Below are positions 49,423-58,726 of a stretch of DNA of 64,000 nt, piece after piece. How positions within the stretch are numbered: the first letter of the stretch is position 1; every line of letters starts with the position of its first letter. The stretch spans positions 1,504,001-1,568,000 of the forward strand of contig CBDBKE010000004.1 in assembly GCA_965206645.1 (NCBI GenBank). Reading direction: 5' to 3'. The DNA comes from Terriglobia bacterium. Its GTDB lineage: Bacteria; Acidobacteriota; Terriglobia; JAJPHL01; JAPKYU01. The notes under the pieces are model-generated. The model did not search any database, was not told the DNA's origin, and was given only the letters and a program-made list of their open reading frames with translations. A program made the position numbers and the translations under genes.

Positions 49423-49790
49423 TTACGGGGCGTACATGGGATGCAGTTGCACTTTGAGACTGTCTCCGCCGTCGCTGCGTGAAGAAATCCCGGCAATCCG
49501 TTCGTTGAATACAATCTGCCCTTGCTGCCGATCGGCGAGCTGCGCTGCTACGCGCTCCCGCCGGCGGCGTTCGGCTTCTAGTTCTTCCGCCGCTTGCTGC
49601 GCGGCCTGGAAGGCTTGCAACTGCGCCATTGCAGCGGTCAACTGTCCCTGAGTGACCATGCCGGCAACCTGGGCCTGGCCTAACGCGGTGCCGGATACGT
49701 TGCTGTTAGACCGCAGTCCGTTGTAGGAATCGAGAGCGGATTTGATCGCCGCCGACGCCTCTGCGGCGGCATCGGAGACGGCGTAATTTT
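49423..49790 (-). pseudogene. 5'-truncated VirB5/TrbJ-like protein
   Basis: Ala/Gln-rich helical frame open to ~49790 directly upstream of virB6; no proper N-terminus. Confidence 0.5.
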
Positions 49791-50144
49791 GGCAGGGGGC
49801 ATGTCAAGAATTTTTTCCGAAATGTGCCAGGAAAAAACAGGCCACTAGGGGGGACGCGGGGGTAGGGGCAGTAGGCATAGGTACCGCAATGTTTGCCGCC
49901 GCACTACGAGATGAACGGCGAATCTGGGGGACGGCCGGCGAATCCGGCCCGGTTACTGGCCGGTCAAGGAGGTTACCGGTCGGTCAAGAAATAGCGCTCG
50001 TCTGTGTGGAATCTCCTGGACTCCGTGAATATCCGAATCGCCAATTTTGTAGGCCGCCCGATTTGTAGGCCGCCCGACGGGCTTTGAGGTTTTCCGTGTC
50101 CGCGACTGGATCGGCGGCCGCCCATGAAATTCCGCCGACCGGCC

Positions 50145-52421
50145 TTACTCGCTCTCCTGTCTGAGCGCCTTGCGCAATTCCTTCAATTTGTCGTGGAACT
50201 CCTTGGTGGCCATCTTGGCCTCGCCCATGTCCTTGATCACCCTGGGCGTGAGCAGGATGATCAGCTCGTTGCGGCTGGTGGAATCGCGGGTGGTGCCGAA
50301 CAATAGCCCCAAGCCGGGAATGCGCCCTAACAGCGGCACTCGATTGGTGGAGACGATCCGGGTTTCCGAGATGATGCCGCCCAGGGCAATGGTCTCCCCG
50401 TCCTGCACCGTCACCTGAGTGGACACGGAACGCTTCTGGATCGAAGTCAGAGTACCGCTGCTGGTCGGCACGCTGACTTCCTGGTCGATACGCAACGTCA
50501 CCAACCCGCTGGGATTGATGCGCGGTGTCACCGACAGGATCACGCCGGTATCCCGCCGCTGGAAGGAACTGACAGGTGAGATGGTCCCGAAGGCTACGCC
50601 CTGCTGAGTCTGGAGGGGAATCTCCTGTCCTACCTGGATGCGCGCCTCGGTGTTATTGCTGGCCAAAAGCGTGGGCGCGGAAAGCACCCGTGTGCGTCCC
50701 CGGTTCTCCTGGGCATTCAGGAACAGGAACAACTCGCGGCTGCGGCCTATTAAGGTGCCCACCGAAGCGCTCAGGCCGGCGTTAGGAAACGTCTCCGTCC
50801 CGAAAGCGCTGAATTGCCCAACGGGATTCCGGGAGGCGCTGCTGCGCCGCTGGAGGAACGCTTCGACCCCGAAGGACAGCGCCCCCGATAAGGCGACCTC
50901 GTACACCTTGGCTTCAATGAGCACCTGCCGGGGCGCCACGTCCAGCCCCTTCATGGTCTCAAGGATGACTTCGTAGTCCTGCGGGGTAGCCTGGACGACC
51001 AGGGTATTGTTGATGGGGTCCGGAACAATGCGCGCCGGACTCTGCAACATTCCGCCCGGCACAGCAGCTATGAAGATTTGCCTGGAACCCCGGTACATAG
51101 AACCCCGCGATGTTTGGCCCACCCCGCCGACAGGAAACGACACACCTCCGGGCGTCATTCCTCCACCAGCCGCTCCCATCCCGCCGGGCGGTATCATCCC
51201 CGGCGCTGTCATCCCGGGCGCTGTCATCCCGGGCGCCGACGCTCCTGTTGCCTCCGCACCCATCATCGGCCGAGCTGCTCCGTAAAGGCCCGCCAATACG
51301 AAAGCCAACTCCCCCGCCGCCCTGTTTTCCACCTTGTAGGCAAAGTTCTGCAGTCCCCCACGGCGCACGGGCTTGTCCAGCTTCTCAATCCACTGCTGCA
51401 CTTCCGAGTACACCTCGGAATTCGGAGTCGCCACCAGGATGGAGTTGATTCGCTCCAGTGCAATAAACCGCACCGCCGAGCCTTCCTTCGAGAGGGCATA
51501 CGCCTTGAAGATTTCCTCCAGGTCCTTGACCAGGCTGCTGGCCTGGCTGTTCTCGATGGCAAACAACCGGACCCGCTGCTGCTCCAGCGCCGAGGTGTCA
51601 AACAGGTTCACCATCCCCATTAGCCGCTTCAGGCTGCGGCTGGTGTCGGTGATGAGCAGGATGTTGCCCGGCTCGTGGGTCACGATGTGGCCCGCTTCCG
51701 ACAGGTAGCTGCTCAGGATTTTCGACATATCCGCGGCGGTGACGAAGCTGAGGGCGACCACGTTCATCACCATGCGGTCATCAGGCGGCAGGCTGGCTCC
51801 AGTGGGATCCTGGGTGAGCGGTAGCGGAACACGCGGCGCTCCCTTCAGGGGCACGATCCGCCAGAAGCTGCCGCTCTGGACGGCCGAGGCCCCGTTGGCC
51901 CGCAGGATGGCCTGCAGCAGGGGCAGCAGGTCCTCATGACTCAGGTTGCCCAGGGTGTTGATGTTCACCACACCCTTCACCCCAGGGTCCACGACATAGT
52001 TCATCTTGAGTTCGGCGGCAATGATTCCAATCACCTGAAGCAGGTTGGCATTCTCCAGGTGGAGGCTGATGCGCGCCCCAGCTCGCGTCTTCCCCGTTGC
52101 CGGTGCCGCTTCCGCCTCCTGCGCGGGAGGCTCTGCCGATGGCTGGTCTTGAGGCTGGGCAGTCGGTTGTTGCGGTTCCTGAGCCTGAGGCTCTGTCGGT
52201 TCCCCCTGCGCTGGCGGCTGGACCGGTTGCTCGGTTTGAGACTGCGCAGGTGGTTGCGCGGGTTCCTGGACCGGCGCGGCCTTCCTCGGAGTGCTGCCTG
52301 CGGCGACCGTCGACATCAGCCCCCAAACTGCTAAAACTAGGACGGCGCTACCCAGTTGGCCTCTCAGTACACCGGATGTGAAATTCCGCATCCTCTTCGT
52401 GGTTCGTTTTATTCGGCTCAT
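50145..52421 (-). CDS. gspD: Type II secretion secretin
   Basis: N0/N domains, RQVLIEAKVYEV, IQVGQEIP, RDTGVILSVTPRIN and ELIILLTPRVI motifs. Confidence 0.93.
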   Translation of the reverse strand: MSRIKRTTKRMRNFTSGVLRGQLGSAVLVLAVWGLMSTVAAGSTPRKAAPVQEPAQPPAQSQTEQPVQPPAQGEPTEPQAQEPQQPTAQPQDQPSAEPPAQEAEAAPATGKTRAGARISLHLENANLLQVIGIIAAELKMNYVVDPGVKGVVNINTLGNLSHEDLLPLLQAILRANGASAVQSGSFWRIVPLKGAPRVPLPLTQDPTGASLPPDDRMVMNVVALSFVTAADMSKILSSYLSEAGHIVTHEPGNILLITDTSRSLKRLMGMVNLFDTSALEQQRVRLFAIENSQASSLVKDLEEIFKAYALSKEGSAVRFIALERINSILVATPNSEVYSEVQQWIEKLDKPVRRGGLQNFAYKVENRAAGELAFVLAGLYGAARPMMGAEATGASAPGMTAPGMTAPGMIPPGGMGAAGGGMTPGGVSFPVGGVGQTSRGSMYRGSRQIFIAAVPGGMLQSPARIVPDPINNTLVVQATPQDYEVILETMKGLDVAPRQVLIEAKVYEVALSGALSFGVEAFLQRRSSASRNPVGQFSAFGTETFPNAGLSASVGTLIGRSRELFLFLNAQENRGRTRVLSAPTLLASNNTEARIQVGQEIPLQTQQGVAFGTISPVSSFQRRDTGVILSVTPRINPSGLVTLRIDQEVSVPTSSGTLTSIQKRSVSTQVTVQDGETIALGGIISETRIVSTNRVPLLGRIPGLGLLFGTTRDSTSRNELIILLTPRVIKDMGEAKMATKEFHDKLKELRKALRQESE

Positions 52422-52434
52422 CTCAGATTCTGCC

Positions 52435-53220
52435 TCATTTGGTTTTCTGTGCCGCCGGGAGATCCTCATACCAGGTCTGTACACCAAATGGCGTTACCCG
52501 GTCGTATCTCTTCCGGTTACCTTCGACGGTGACGGTTAAATAGCGATCCCCGGTGGAGGAGCCGGTCGCTGGGGCGACAGCGGGAGCGGTGGCGGCTCCT
52601 GGGGTGGGTGTAGACGCCGGCCCTGCAGAAGAAGCTGAAGGGGCAGCCGGAACAGCGGTCAACACCTGGTCGGCCGCGGTGCCGGCCGGGCGGGCGGGCC
52701 GGACTGCGGCCCGCCCGGCGGCCTGGCGCACGTTTTCGGCTGACTCGTAGACATCAATGGTAGTCTTTTGGCCCTCGAATTCGATGACCACCTGGTGCTC
52801 GGCGATTTCCGCTACGCGATAGCCACCGATTTCATCGCCCACCTTGAGCCGGCGGAATGTGGCCTGCCTGGCCTGTTGCGGCTCGGCCATCAGGGCCACC
52901 GGACCGCTGCCGAGGTTCAAGGTTCCAATCACCAAGGGGACCGGCGGCCGGACCTTGGATACGCTTGCCAACGCCTGGTCGTTATTGCGGTCGGGGCTGA
53001 ACAGGTTGCGGGTGAGCAGCACGGAGTAGCTGTCCGGGACAGCCGCCAGTCCAGCTTCAGCCATGCCTGCTTTGGACACACCTGGCCCGGGGGTGGCTGC
53101 TGAGGTCACAAACTGCTTGTAGCGGGCATGATTGCTCTGCCAGGCATTGTGGATGGCGGCGGCAACCCACATCGCCAGCGTCAAGAGGGCTAGGTTGAGA
53201 TAGGTTATCGGTTTGCGCAT
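52435..53220 (-). CDS. GspC-like T2SS protein
   Basis: N-terminal TM, RNLFSPDR, LKVGDEIGGYRVAEI; located between gspM and gspD. Confidence 0.7.
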   Translation of the reverse strand: MRKPITYLNLALLTLAMWVAAAIHNAWQSNHARYKQFVTSAATPGPGVSKAGMAEAGLAAVPDSYSVLLTRNLFSPDRNNDQALASVSKVRPPVPLVIGTLNLGSGPVALMAEPQQARQATFRRLKVGDEIGGYRVAEIAEHQVVIEFEGQKTTIDVYESAENVRQAAGRAAVRPARPAGTAADQVLTAVPAAPSASSAGPASTPTPGAATAPAVAPATGSSTGDRYLTVTVEGNRKRYDRVTPFGVQTWYEDLPAAQKTK

Positions 53221-53228
53221 GCTTTCTC

Positions 53229-53891
53229 TCACGCTTTGGGAGTTGGCGCGGGCTCGGCGAACATCAACCCGCGAATCACCATTCGCACCGCCACCATCTT
53301 TTGCGGCTTTTGTGGTTTTTGTGGCCGGCCGGGCCGCGAGGGCAGCGCCCTAATGGAGAGCTGATCCAGCGCCAGCACCTTGCGACTGGCGTGGGCAGCC
53401 AGCAGAAAACTCGTGAGCTGGTCCAGCCTGCATTGGAACGACAGCGACAAGGGCACGACGTTATAGCTCGCCCCGGCGACCTTGAGAACCCGCACCGGCC
53501 GGAAGGCGGCGTTGCGCATTTCCATGCCCTGCTTCGCCATCAGTTGCTTGATCACTTCCTGCAACTCGGCCGCAGCCAGGGCCGACGTGCTGCTGCTCAG
53601 CAGGCCTTTCTCGGCTTCAGCCAGACGAGCCTGCATTTCCTGAAACTCCTTTTTCTGATCTGCGGCCAGGGCTACAAGTCGCCGGTATTTGCGCAGGGTC
53701 TTCTCCTTCAGTGGCAGCGAGGCACGGAGCTTCTCGGCGGGGTCCATGACGGGCAAGACAAGCAAATCCAGCAGCAGGAACAGAGCAGTGGCAGCTGCCA
53801 GCAAGAGCAGAGCCCGCTGGTCTCGAGCGCTCAAAGAACGCAAGAAAGACGCAGCTGTCGCTGGCTCCCTCTTCCTGCCTCCGTTAGTCAT
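53229..53891 (-). CDS. gspM: T2SS GspM/PilO-like protein
   Basis: LSARDQRAL plus TM helix and coiled coil; operon position. Confidence 0.75.
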   Translation of the reverse strand: MTNGGRKREPATAASFLRSLSARDQRALLLLAAATALFLLLDLLVLPVMDPAEKLRASLPLKEKTLRKYRRLVALAADQKKEFQEMQARLAEAEKGLLSSSTSALAAAELQEVIKQLMAKQGMEMRNAAFRPVRVLKVAGASYNVVPLSLSFQCRLDQLTSFLLAAHASRKVLALDQLSIRALPSRPGRPQKPQKPQKMVAVRMVIRGLMFAEPAPTPKA

Positions 53892-55434
53892 GACTGGCCA
53901 CCTCCTCCGCTCGTGCCGGCGTCTCCCGCAACCGCATCCGGATCTGGAAGGCCTCCCGCCCTTGTTTGCTCTTGGTGATCGCGGTGATGAATTCCGGCTG
54001 TTGGAAATGCGGCGACTGATTGATGGCCTGTAGAATGCCGGAAGCGGATTGGGCTTGCCCGGAGGCCGTCACCTGGTTATCCTCAAACTGGAGTGTTTGC
54101 AGCCAGGCCGCATCGGGAACCAGGCGAGTCAGTTCCTTCCACGCCTCGAGCCTGAGCGCGATATCCTGCCGCTGGCCCTGTAGCAGATCCCATTCCAACA
54201 ACAGCGCCTGGTGGCGGGAATTCAGCTGTTCCAGACGCTCCACCTGGGGCTGCAGCTTGCTGATCTCCGAGTTCAACCAGGAGGAATAGAAGCGGTCCTG
54301 CACCCATGTGGTTGCGAGCCAGGCAGCGCCGAGCAACAGCACAAGTACCACCAACGCATAGGCCGAGGTATGTGTCCAGCGGGAGCGCCAGTGGGAACGC
54401 CAGTGAGAGCGGTAGCGCTTCTCCGCCGGCAGCAGATTCCAGCGCAGGCCAGCTGGGGGAGCCATCAACGGGAGGCGGAGCTCGAGGCCCGGCAAGGCCG
54501 CTGCGTAAGCCACAAGATGCTCCTTCAGCCGGAACTCTGCCGGCCCCGCCTCGGGGGTGACCACGGGAATACCCTCTGCCGGGGACCCGCTCGACGGCGC
54601 AGAGTCTCTCACCGCCGCCTGTTCTCTGACTTGCTGTTCTCTGATTTCGGGTTCCGGCGCGATGTCTTCGCCGCTTTCCAGCATCTGCGGGCTATCCTGG
54701 GGATCGAGTCGCAACTCGGCCGCGCAAAGCTCCACTTCGCGCTGCAACGAGGACCCGGCCGCAACTTCTTTGGAATAGAACGCGCCATCGGGCGCGACCC
54801 CCAGCAGTTCCACCACCTGCCCGCAGTGATCCAGCAACACCAACGGGCGGCGCAGTCCAGGCATGTTCCGGGATTGATTCAAGGAAGCCCCGCGCAGCGC
54901 CTGGTACAACACAGCCGTGGAGAGGGTAAAGCCGGCCACGTCCACGCCCGCCTGGCCGAACCACTGGTAGAGCTGATCGAGCGCACTCTTCTCCACAAGC
55001 GCCACAGCCACCCGCAGCCGCCTTCCGAGGCCCTCCTCCGAGGCGCCGGTCCCATTGCCCGCGCCGCGCGCAGGCGATTCGGGCAGCAGCGCGTAGTCGA
55101 AATAGACGCTGCCTTCCTCGAAGGGGTGGAGCTGATCTACCTGGTAGGCCACCGTCTGGCCCAGTTCTCGCCCAACTTCGGGGGGCAATTCCAGCGTTCG
55201 CACCAGGCCGGCTCCGCGCGGGAGCGCCACCAGCGCGCTGGTCGTCAACGCATGATTCTCTTCGCGGAAGCGCCGGTACTGCTGGGCCACCTCGGCCACC
55301 GGCCGGGTGCGGAAATCCTCAATCCGGAGGAATCCGCTGACGCGCAGGCGATGCCCGCGGCCGCGCAGGGAGACGGCTTCCAGGTGACTCCCCCGAATCG
55401 CAATGCCGATGCTGGTCCCCAGGTGGACGGTCAT
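53884..55434 (-). CDS. gspL: T2SS GspL/PilN-like protein
   Basis: Actin-like cytoplasmic part, NLLP, TM helix, PilN-type periplasmic domain (ELTRLVPDAAWL). Confidence 0.8.
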   Translation of the reverse strand: MTVHLGTSIGIAIRGSHLEAVSLRGRGHRLRVSGFLRIEDFRTRPVAEVAQQYRRFREENHALTTSALVALPRGAGLVRTLELPPEVGRELGQTVAYQVDQLHPFEEGSVYFDYALLPESPARGAGNGTGASEEGLGRRLRVAVALVEKSALDQLYQWFGQAGVDVAGFTLSTAVLYQALRGASLNQSRNMPGLRRPLVLLDHCGQVVELLGVAPDGAFYSKEVAAGSSLQREVELCAAELRLDPQDSPQMLESGEDIAPEPEIREQQVREQAAVRDSAPSSGSPAEGIPVVTPEAGPAEFRLKEHLVAYAAALPGLELRLPLMAPPAGLRWNLLPAEKRYRSHWRSHWRSRWTHTSAYALVVLVLLLGAAWLATTWVQDRFYSSWLNSEISKLQPQVERLEQLNSRHQALLLEWDLLQGQRQDIALRLEAWKELTRLVPDAAWLQTLQFEDNQVTASGQAQSASGILQAINQSPHFQQPEFITAITKSKQGREAFQIRMRLRETPARAEEVASHD

Positions 55435-55477
55435 TTCCGATACGCTCGCTTCTTCAAGTCCTCGTTCATAGCCCAGT

Positions 55478-56470
55478 TCACAAAATGACCCGCTGCTCTT
55501 CTACTGCCTGTTCATCCCAGGCCACTAGCTCGGTTCGGCCGTTGGCTTCCCGGCGGAAGATGGCGCGCACCGACGCTCGCGTGGCTGAGCCGCGGAGCCG
55601 GCCCGTGGCAGTCAGGGTGAACAGGTCCGAGATTCGATAGATTCCAAGGTGGGGCAAAGCCTCTGCGGGGATCGAAATTGGCAACTCGGTCAGGCTTTGG
55701 TAGAGCTTTTCCCGGCGTCCGGCGACGACTGCACGTACCCGCTCCTGGTCCATGCCCGGCACGCTCAGCAACGCCTCGTAGGGAGCGTAGTTCACATCCA
55801 GCCTTGCGAAGTTCCCATACACCGTCAGCAGGCGGTTGAACCCGCCCCGCCGAACCAGCCGGTCATCCGCGTCGCGCTCCATCCAGCCGTAGAACAACTC
55901 TGGCGTGACCCCCTTGACCAACAGCAGTTCTTCGACCCGCTGGAAGGGCTGGTGCGCTGCCTGGTAGGGCTGCGCCAGACCGGCGTAAAACTGGTCAAAG
56001 ACGCTCCCGACGCTCGAGGTGGCCGGCGCACGCCAATCGGCAATGGCCCGAGTGATCTCCCGGACGTCCATGTTCCCCACCCCGGCGGCTTGAAACAGCG
56101 TTTGCAGCCGCTCCACCGGGGCGGTGTTGACGTTCAGCTTGCCTGCTTCGGAGGCCACCCGGACGCGCGCCGTCCCGGTAGCGTAGGAAAACTCCAGGTA
56201 GGGCCGAGTGGGTTCGTAAAGCAATTTTTGTTCCGCGTCCCGCAAGCCGGGGGTTTGTACCAAGTAGAGCGCCTGTTCCAGAGCCCCGCGCGCCAGGAAG
56301 CGGCCTTGCTCAGCTTCCAGGCGGTAGCGGGTGGCGGCCAGCTCGGTTCGCACCGAAAGAGCCAGCGCCAGTGCTACCAGCGACAGTGCAGCCGTCAGCC
56401 ACATGACGAGCAACAAGACGGCGCCTTGCTCCGAATTCGAGCTCGGACTCCGGCCCACCGACTTTGGCAT
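55478..56470 (-). CDS. gspK: Minor pseudopilin K
   Basis: GAVLLLVMW, EAGKLNVNTA and EELLLVKGVT motifs. Confidence 0.9.
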   Translation of the reverse strand: MPKSVGRSPSSNSEQGAVLLLVMWLTAALSLVALALALSVRTELAATRYRLEAEQGRFLARGALEQALYLVQTPGLRDAEQKLLYEPTRPYLEFSYATGTARVRVASEAGKLNVNTAPVERLQTLFQAAGVGNMDVREITRAIADWRAPATSSVGSVFDQFYAGLAQPYQAAHQPFQRVEELLLVKGVTPELFYGWMERDADDRLVRRGGFNRLLTVYGNFARLDVNYAPYEALLSVPGMDQERVRAVVAGRREKLYQSLTELPISIPAEALPHLGIYRISDLFTLTATGRLRGSATRASVRAIFRREANGRTELVAWDEQAVEEQRVIL

Positions 56471-56472
56471 TT

Positions 56473-57195
56473 TCACCGGCTCGCTCCGGCGATGCTCAAG
56501 CGCGCATAGAGGGGCACCGGCTCCAGGCCCCTCCACATGGCTTCTTTCGCGCCCACCTGTAGGGCGACTGCCGAGGGCATCTCCCTGCGATTCAATAACG
56601 ACCAGGAAGATACCCACCGTGCCAGATCGGGCCGTTCGTGCCGGTACTGGAACCGGCACTCGCGGAGTCCTTCCCACAGCAGCAGGGCCCGCTCTGTGTC
56701 AAAGGGCCGCAGCTGCGGTTGGTCCCCTTCCGGAGTGCGGAGCAAGTTCACCACCACGCCAGCCAGCTGCTCGCCGTCCAAGGCCTGCCGCTCCTCGAGC
56801 CACAGCTTCCAGGTCCGGTCACGTTGCCGCTGGGCGAAGTAGTCGGCCACCACGATGCCTCCCCGCCCGCGCTCCAGCGCCGAATACGAGGTGAGAAAGA
56901 CCAGGCGGCGCTCCTCGGCAAAGAAGAACGGCATCTGCTGGCGCCGGTTGGGTGACTCCACCACGATGTTCCGCAGCAGGTGATTGGAAAGCTGGAAATG
57001 TAGAATGTCCTCCACCTGGGTCACCCGGCGCAACTGCAGAACCGCCTGCTGCCCCTTCTCCCAGGCCCGCAGGCCTATCCGCAGCGAGGTGAGAGCCGCG
57101 ACAGCTACCAGGCCGGCGATGGTGGTGGCGGCCATCAGCTCCAGCAGCGTCAGTCCCGCGCTGCGTTGCTTACTGCGCTGGCAGTTGTGGTTCAT
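56473..57195 (-). CDS. gspJ: Minor pseudopilin J
   Basis: Prepilin cleavage site GLTLLELM; operon position. Confidence 0.75.
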   Translation of the reverse strand: MNHNCQRSKQRSAGLTLLELMAATTIAGLVAVAALTSLRIGLRAWEKGQQAVLQLRRVTQVEDILHFQLSNHLLRNIVVESPNRRQQMPFFFAEERRLVFLTSYSALERGRGGIVVADYFAQRQRDRTWKLWLEERQALDGEQLAGVVVNLLRTPEGDQPQLRPFDTERALLLWEGLRECRFQYRHERPDLARWVSSWSLLNRREMPSAVALQVGAKEAMWRGLEPVPLYARLSIAGASR

Positions 57196-57637
57196 ATTTA
57201 CAGGTCTCGAATGTGGCGCGTTGCTCTCCGCTGGCGCCTTTCCAGAACACCGTCAGGGTCACCAGCACCAGAGGCGGCAGCGCCACCTGCTGTTCGGCGG
57301 AGGCGGCAGGATTCCAGCGCCGAATTTCCGCCTCCCAGCGAAACGTTTCATCCCACCGCCCGGCAACGCGACCGGGCACCAGCGTCTGCTCTATGAGCAG
57401 GCGGTTCAATTGCGCGCGCCCCACCAGCGTCGCTTTCTCGTAAGCCTCCGTGCGCGCCAGGTTGCGCAGCGAGCCGGAAAGCCCGCTCATCAACGCGGCT
57501 ACAGCAATGCCCAACAGCGCCATGGCGACCAACACTTCCAGCAAGGTGAACCCATGAGTTGGAGGTTGCCGGACCTGGATGGAGGCTCTTCCTCCACCGC
57601 TGCTTCCAACATCTCGAACCGCAGGCCCAAAACCCAT
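57170..57637 (-). CDS. gspI: Minor pseudopilin I
   Basis: GFTLLEVLVAMALL prepilin motif. Confidence 0.8.
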   Translation of the reverse strand: MGFGPAVRDVGSSGGGRASIQVRQPPTHGFTLLEVLVAMALLGIAVAALMSGLSGSLRNLARTEAYEKATLVGRAQLNRLLIEQTLVPGRVAGRWDETFRWEAEIRRWNPAASAEQQVALPPLVLVTLTVFWKGASGEQRATFETCKYEPQLPAQ

Positions 57638-58152
57638 CAGCGCTCCCACTCCACGCGGGGCAGTGCCGTCAGCACATCGAACTTCACCGTGACGGCGCGG
57701 CCGCGGGCATTGATCAGCCGCAGTCTCACTTGGGGCGCCCCCCCGTTGGGCGGGAAAATAAAGGTGCGCATACGTCTTGGCTCGACCACGATTTCTGGAG
57801 GCAACTGCCAGCTCCGCCGGTAGGACGGCTCCCCGCTGGCTGTGGCCCCTCCCAGGTCCTCCAACTCGACCCGGCGCCGTTCCGAATCCACCGTCACCTG
57901 GCAGACGGTCTGTTGACGCAAGGCGCGCACGCGGGCGTAGCGGAAGGTGTTCGCCAGCCGGTCGGCGGCCGACTTCAGCCGCAACGTATCCAGACCGGCA
58001 GTCACGCTGGGGAACACGATGGCTCCCAGCACGGCGATGATCGTCAGCACGACCACCATCTCCAGCAGCGTGATGCCGCGACAATGGAGACAGGCCTCGC
58101 GGCCTGTCCGGACCGTCGTGACACTTAACCTAGCGCGTCCAGCTCGCCACAT
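57637..58152 (-). CDS. gspH: Minor pseudopilin H
   Basis: GITLLEMVVVL and FPPNGG motifs; start uncertain. Confidence 0.8.
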   Translation of the reverse strand: MWRAGRARLSVTTVRTGREACLHCRGITLLEMVVVLTIIAVLGAIVFPSVTAGLDTLRLKSAADRLANTFRYARVRALRQQTVCQVTVDSERRRVELEDLGGATASGEPSYRRSWQLPPEIVVEPRRMRTFIFPPNGGAPQVRLRLINARGRAVTVKFDVLTALPRVEWER

Positions 58153-58627
58153 CGCTGTCTTCGCCCTCTCCGCCTTCTCTCCCGTCAGCACCGTGGGAAA
58201 GGATGTCGGGCTCTTCGCCGTGCTCGCCCGGGTACCGGTAGACATAGGGCTGCCCCCAGGGATCGTCCGGGATGTCCTGGGGCAGGTAAGGACCGTCCCA
58301 GCGCTCCACTTCGGCGGGTTTGACCCGGAGAGCTTCGAGTCCCTGCTCGGTGGTGGGAAACCTCCCAGTGTCCAGCTTGTAAATGCCCAGGGCGGTCATG
58401 AAGCCGTTCATTTGTTCCCGAGTCGCGGTCTGCTTGGCAGCGCTGACTTTCTTCCACATGCGTGGCAGCACCAGCGCGCTGAACAGGCCGATGATGGTCA
58501 CCACCACCAGCAGTTCAATCAGCGTGACCCCGCGCTCACCGGCCTGGCCGCCGAGGCGCGGAGGTACAGAGGTAAGGTTTTTTGCCGGTACGGTTGCGAC
58601 TTCACCCTCAGATTGGTTTTTCTTCAT
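58130..58627 (-). CDS. gspG: Major pseudopilin G
   Basis: GVTLIELLVV, YKLDTGRFPTTEQGL and WDGPYL..DPWG motifs. Confidence 0.95.
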   Translation of the reverse strand: MKKNQSEGEVATVPAKNLTSVPPRLGGQAGERGVTLIELLVVVTIIGLFSALVLPRMWKKVSAAKQTATREQMNGFMTALGIYKLDTGRFPTTEQGLEALRVKPAEVERWDGPYLPQDIPDDPWGQPYVYRYPGEHGEEPDILSHGADGREGGEGEDSDVASWTR

Positions 58628-58726
58628 GGGGTTGCTCCTCTGCGCCTCTGTGTGTCTATGTCGTATACCTCTGTGTCGCATGCCGCTGTGTCGTATGCCT
58701 CCGCGTCTTATGTCCCTGCGGCTCTC

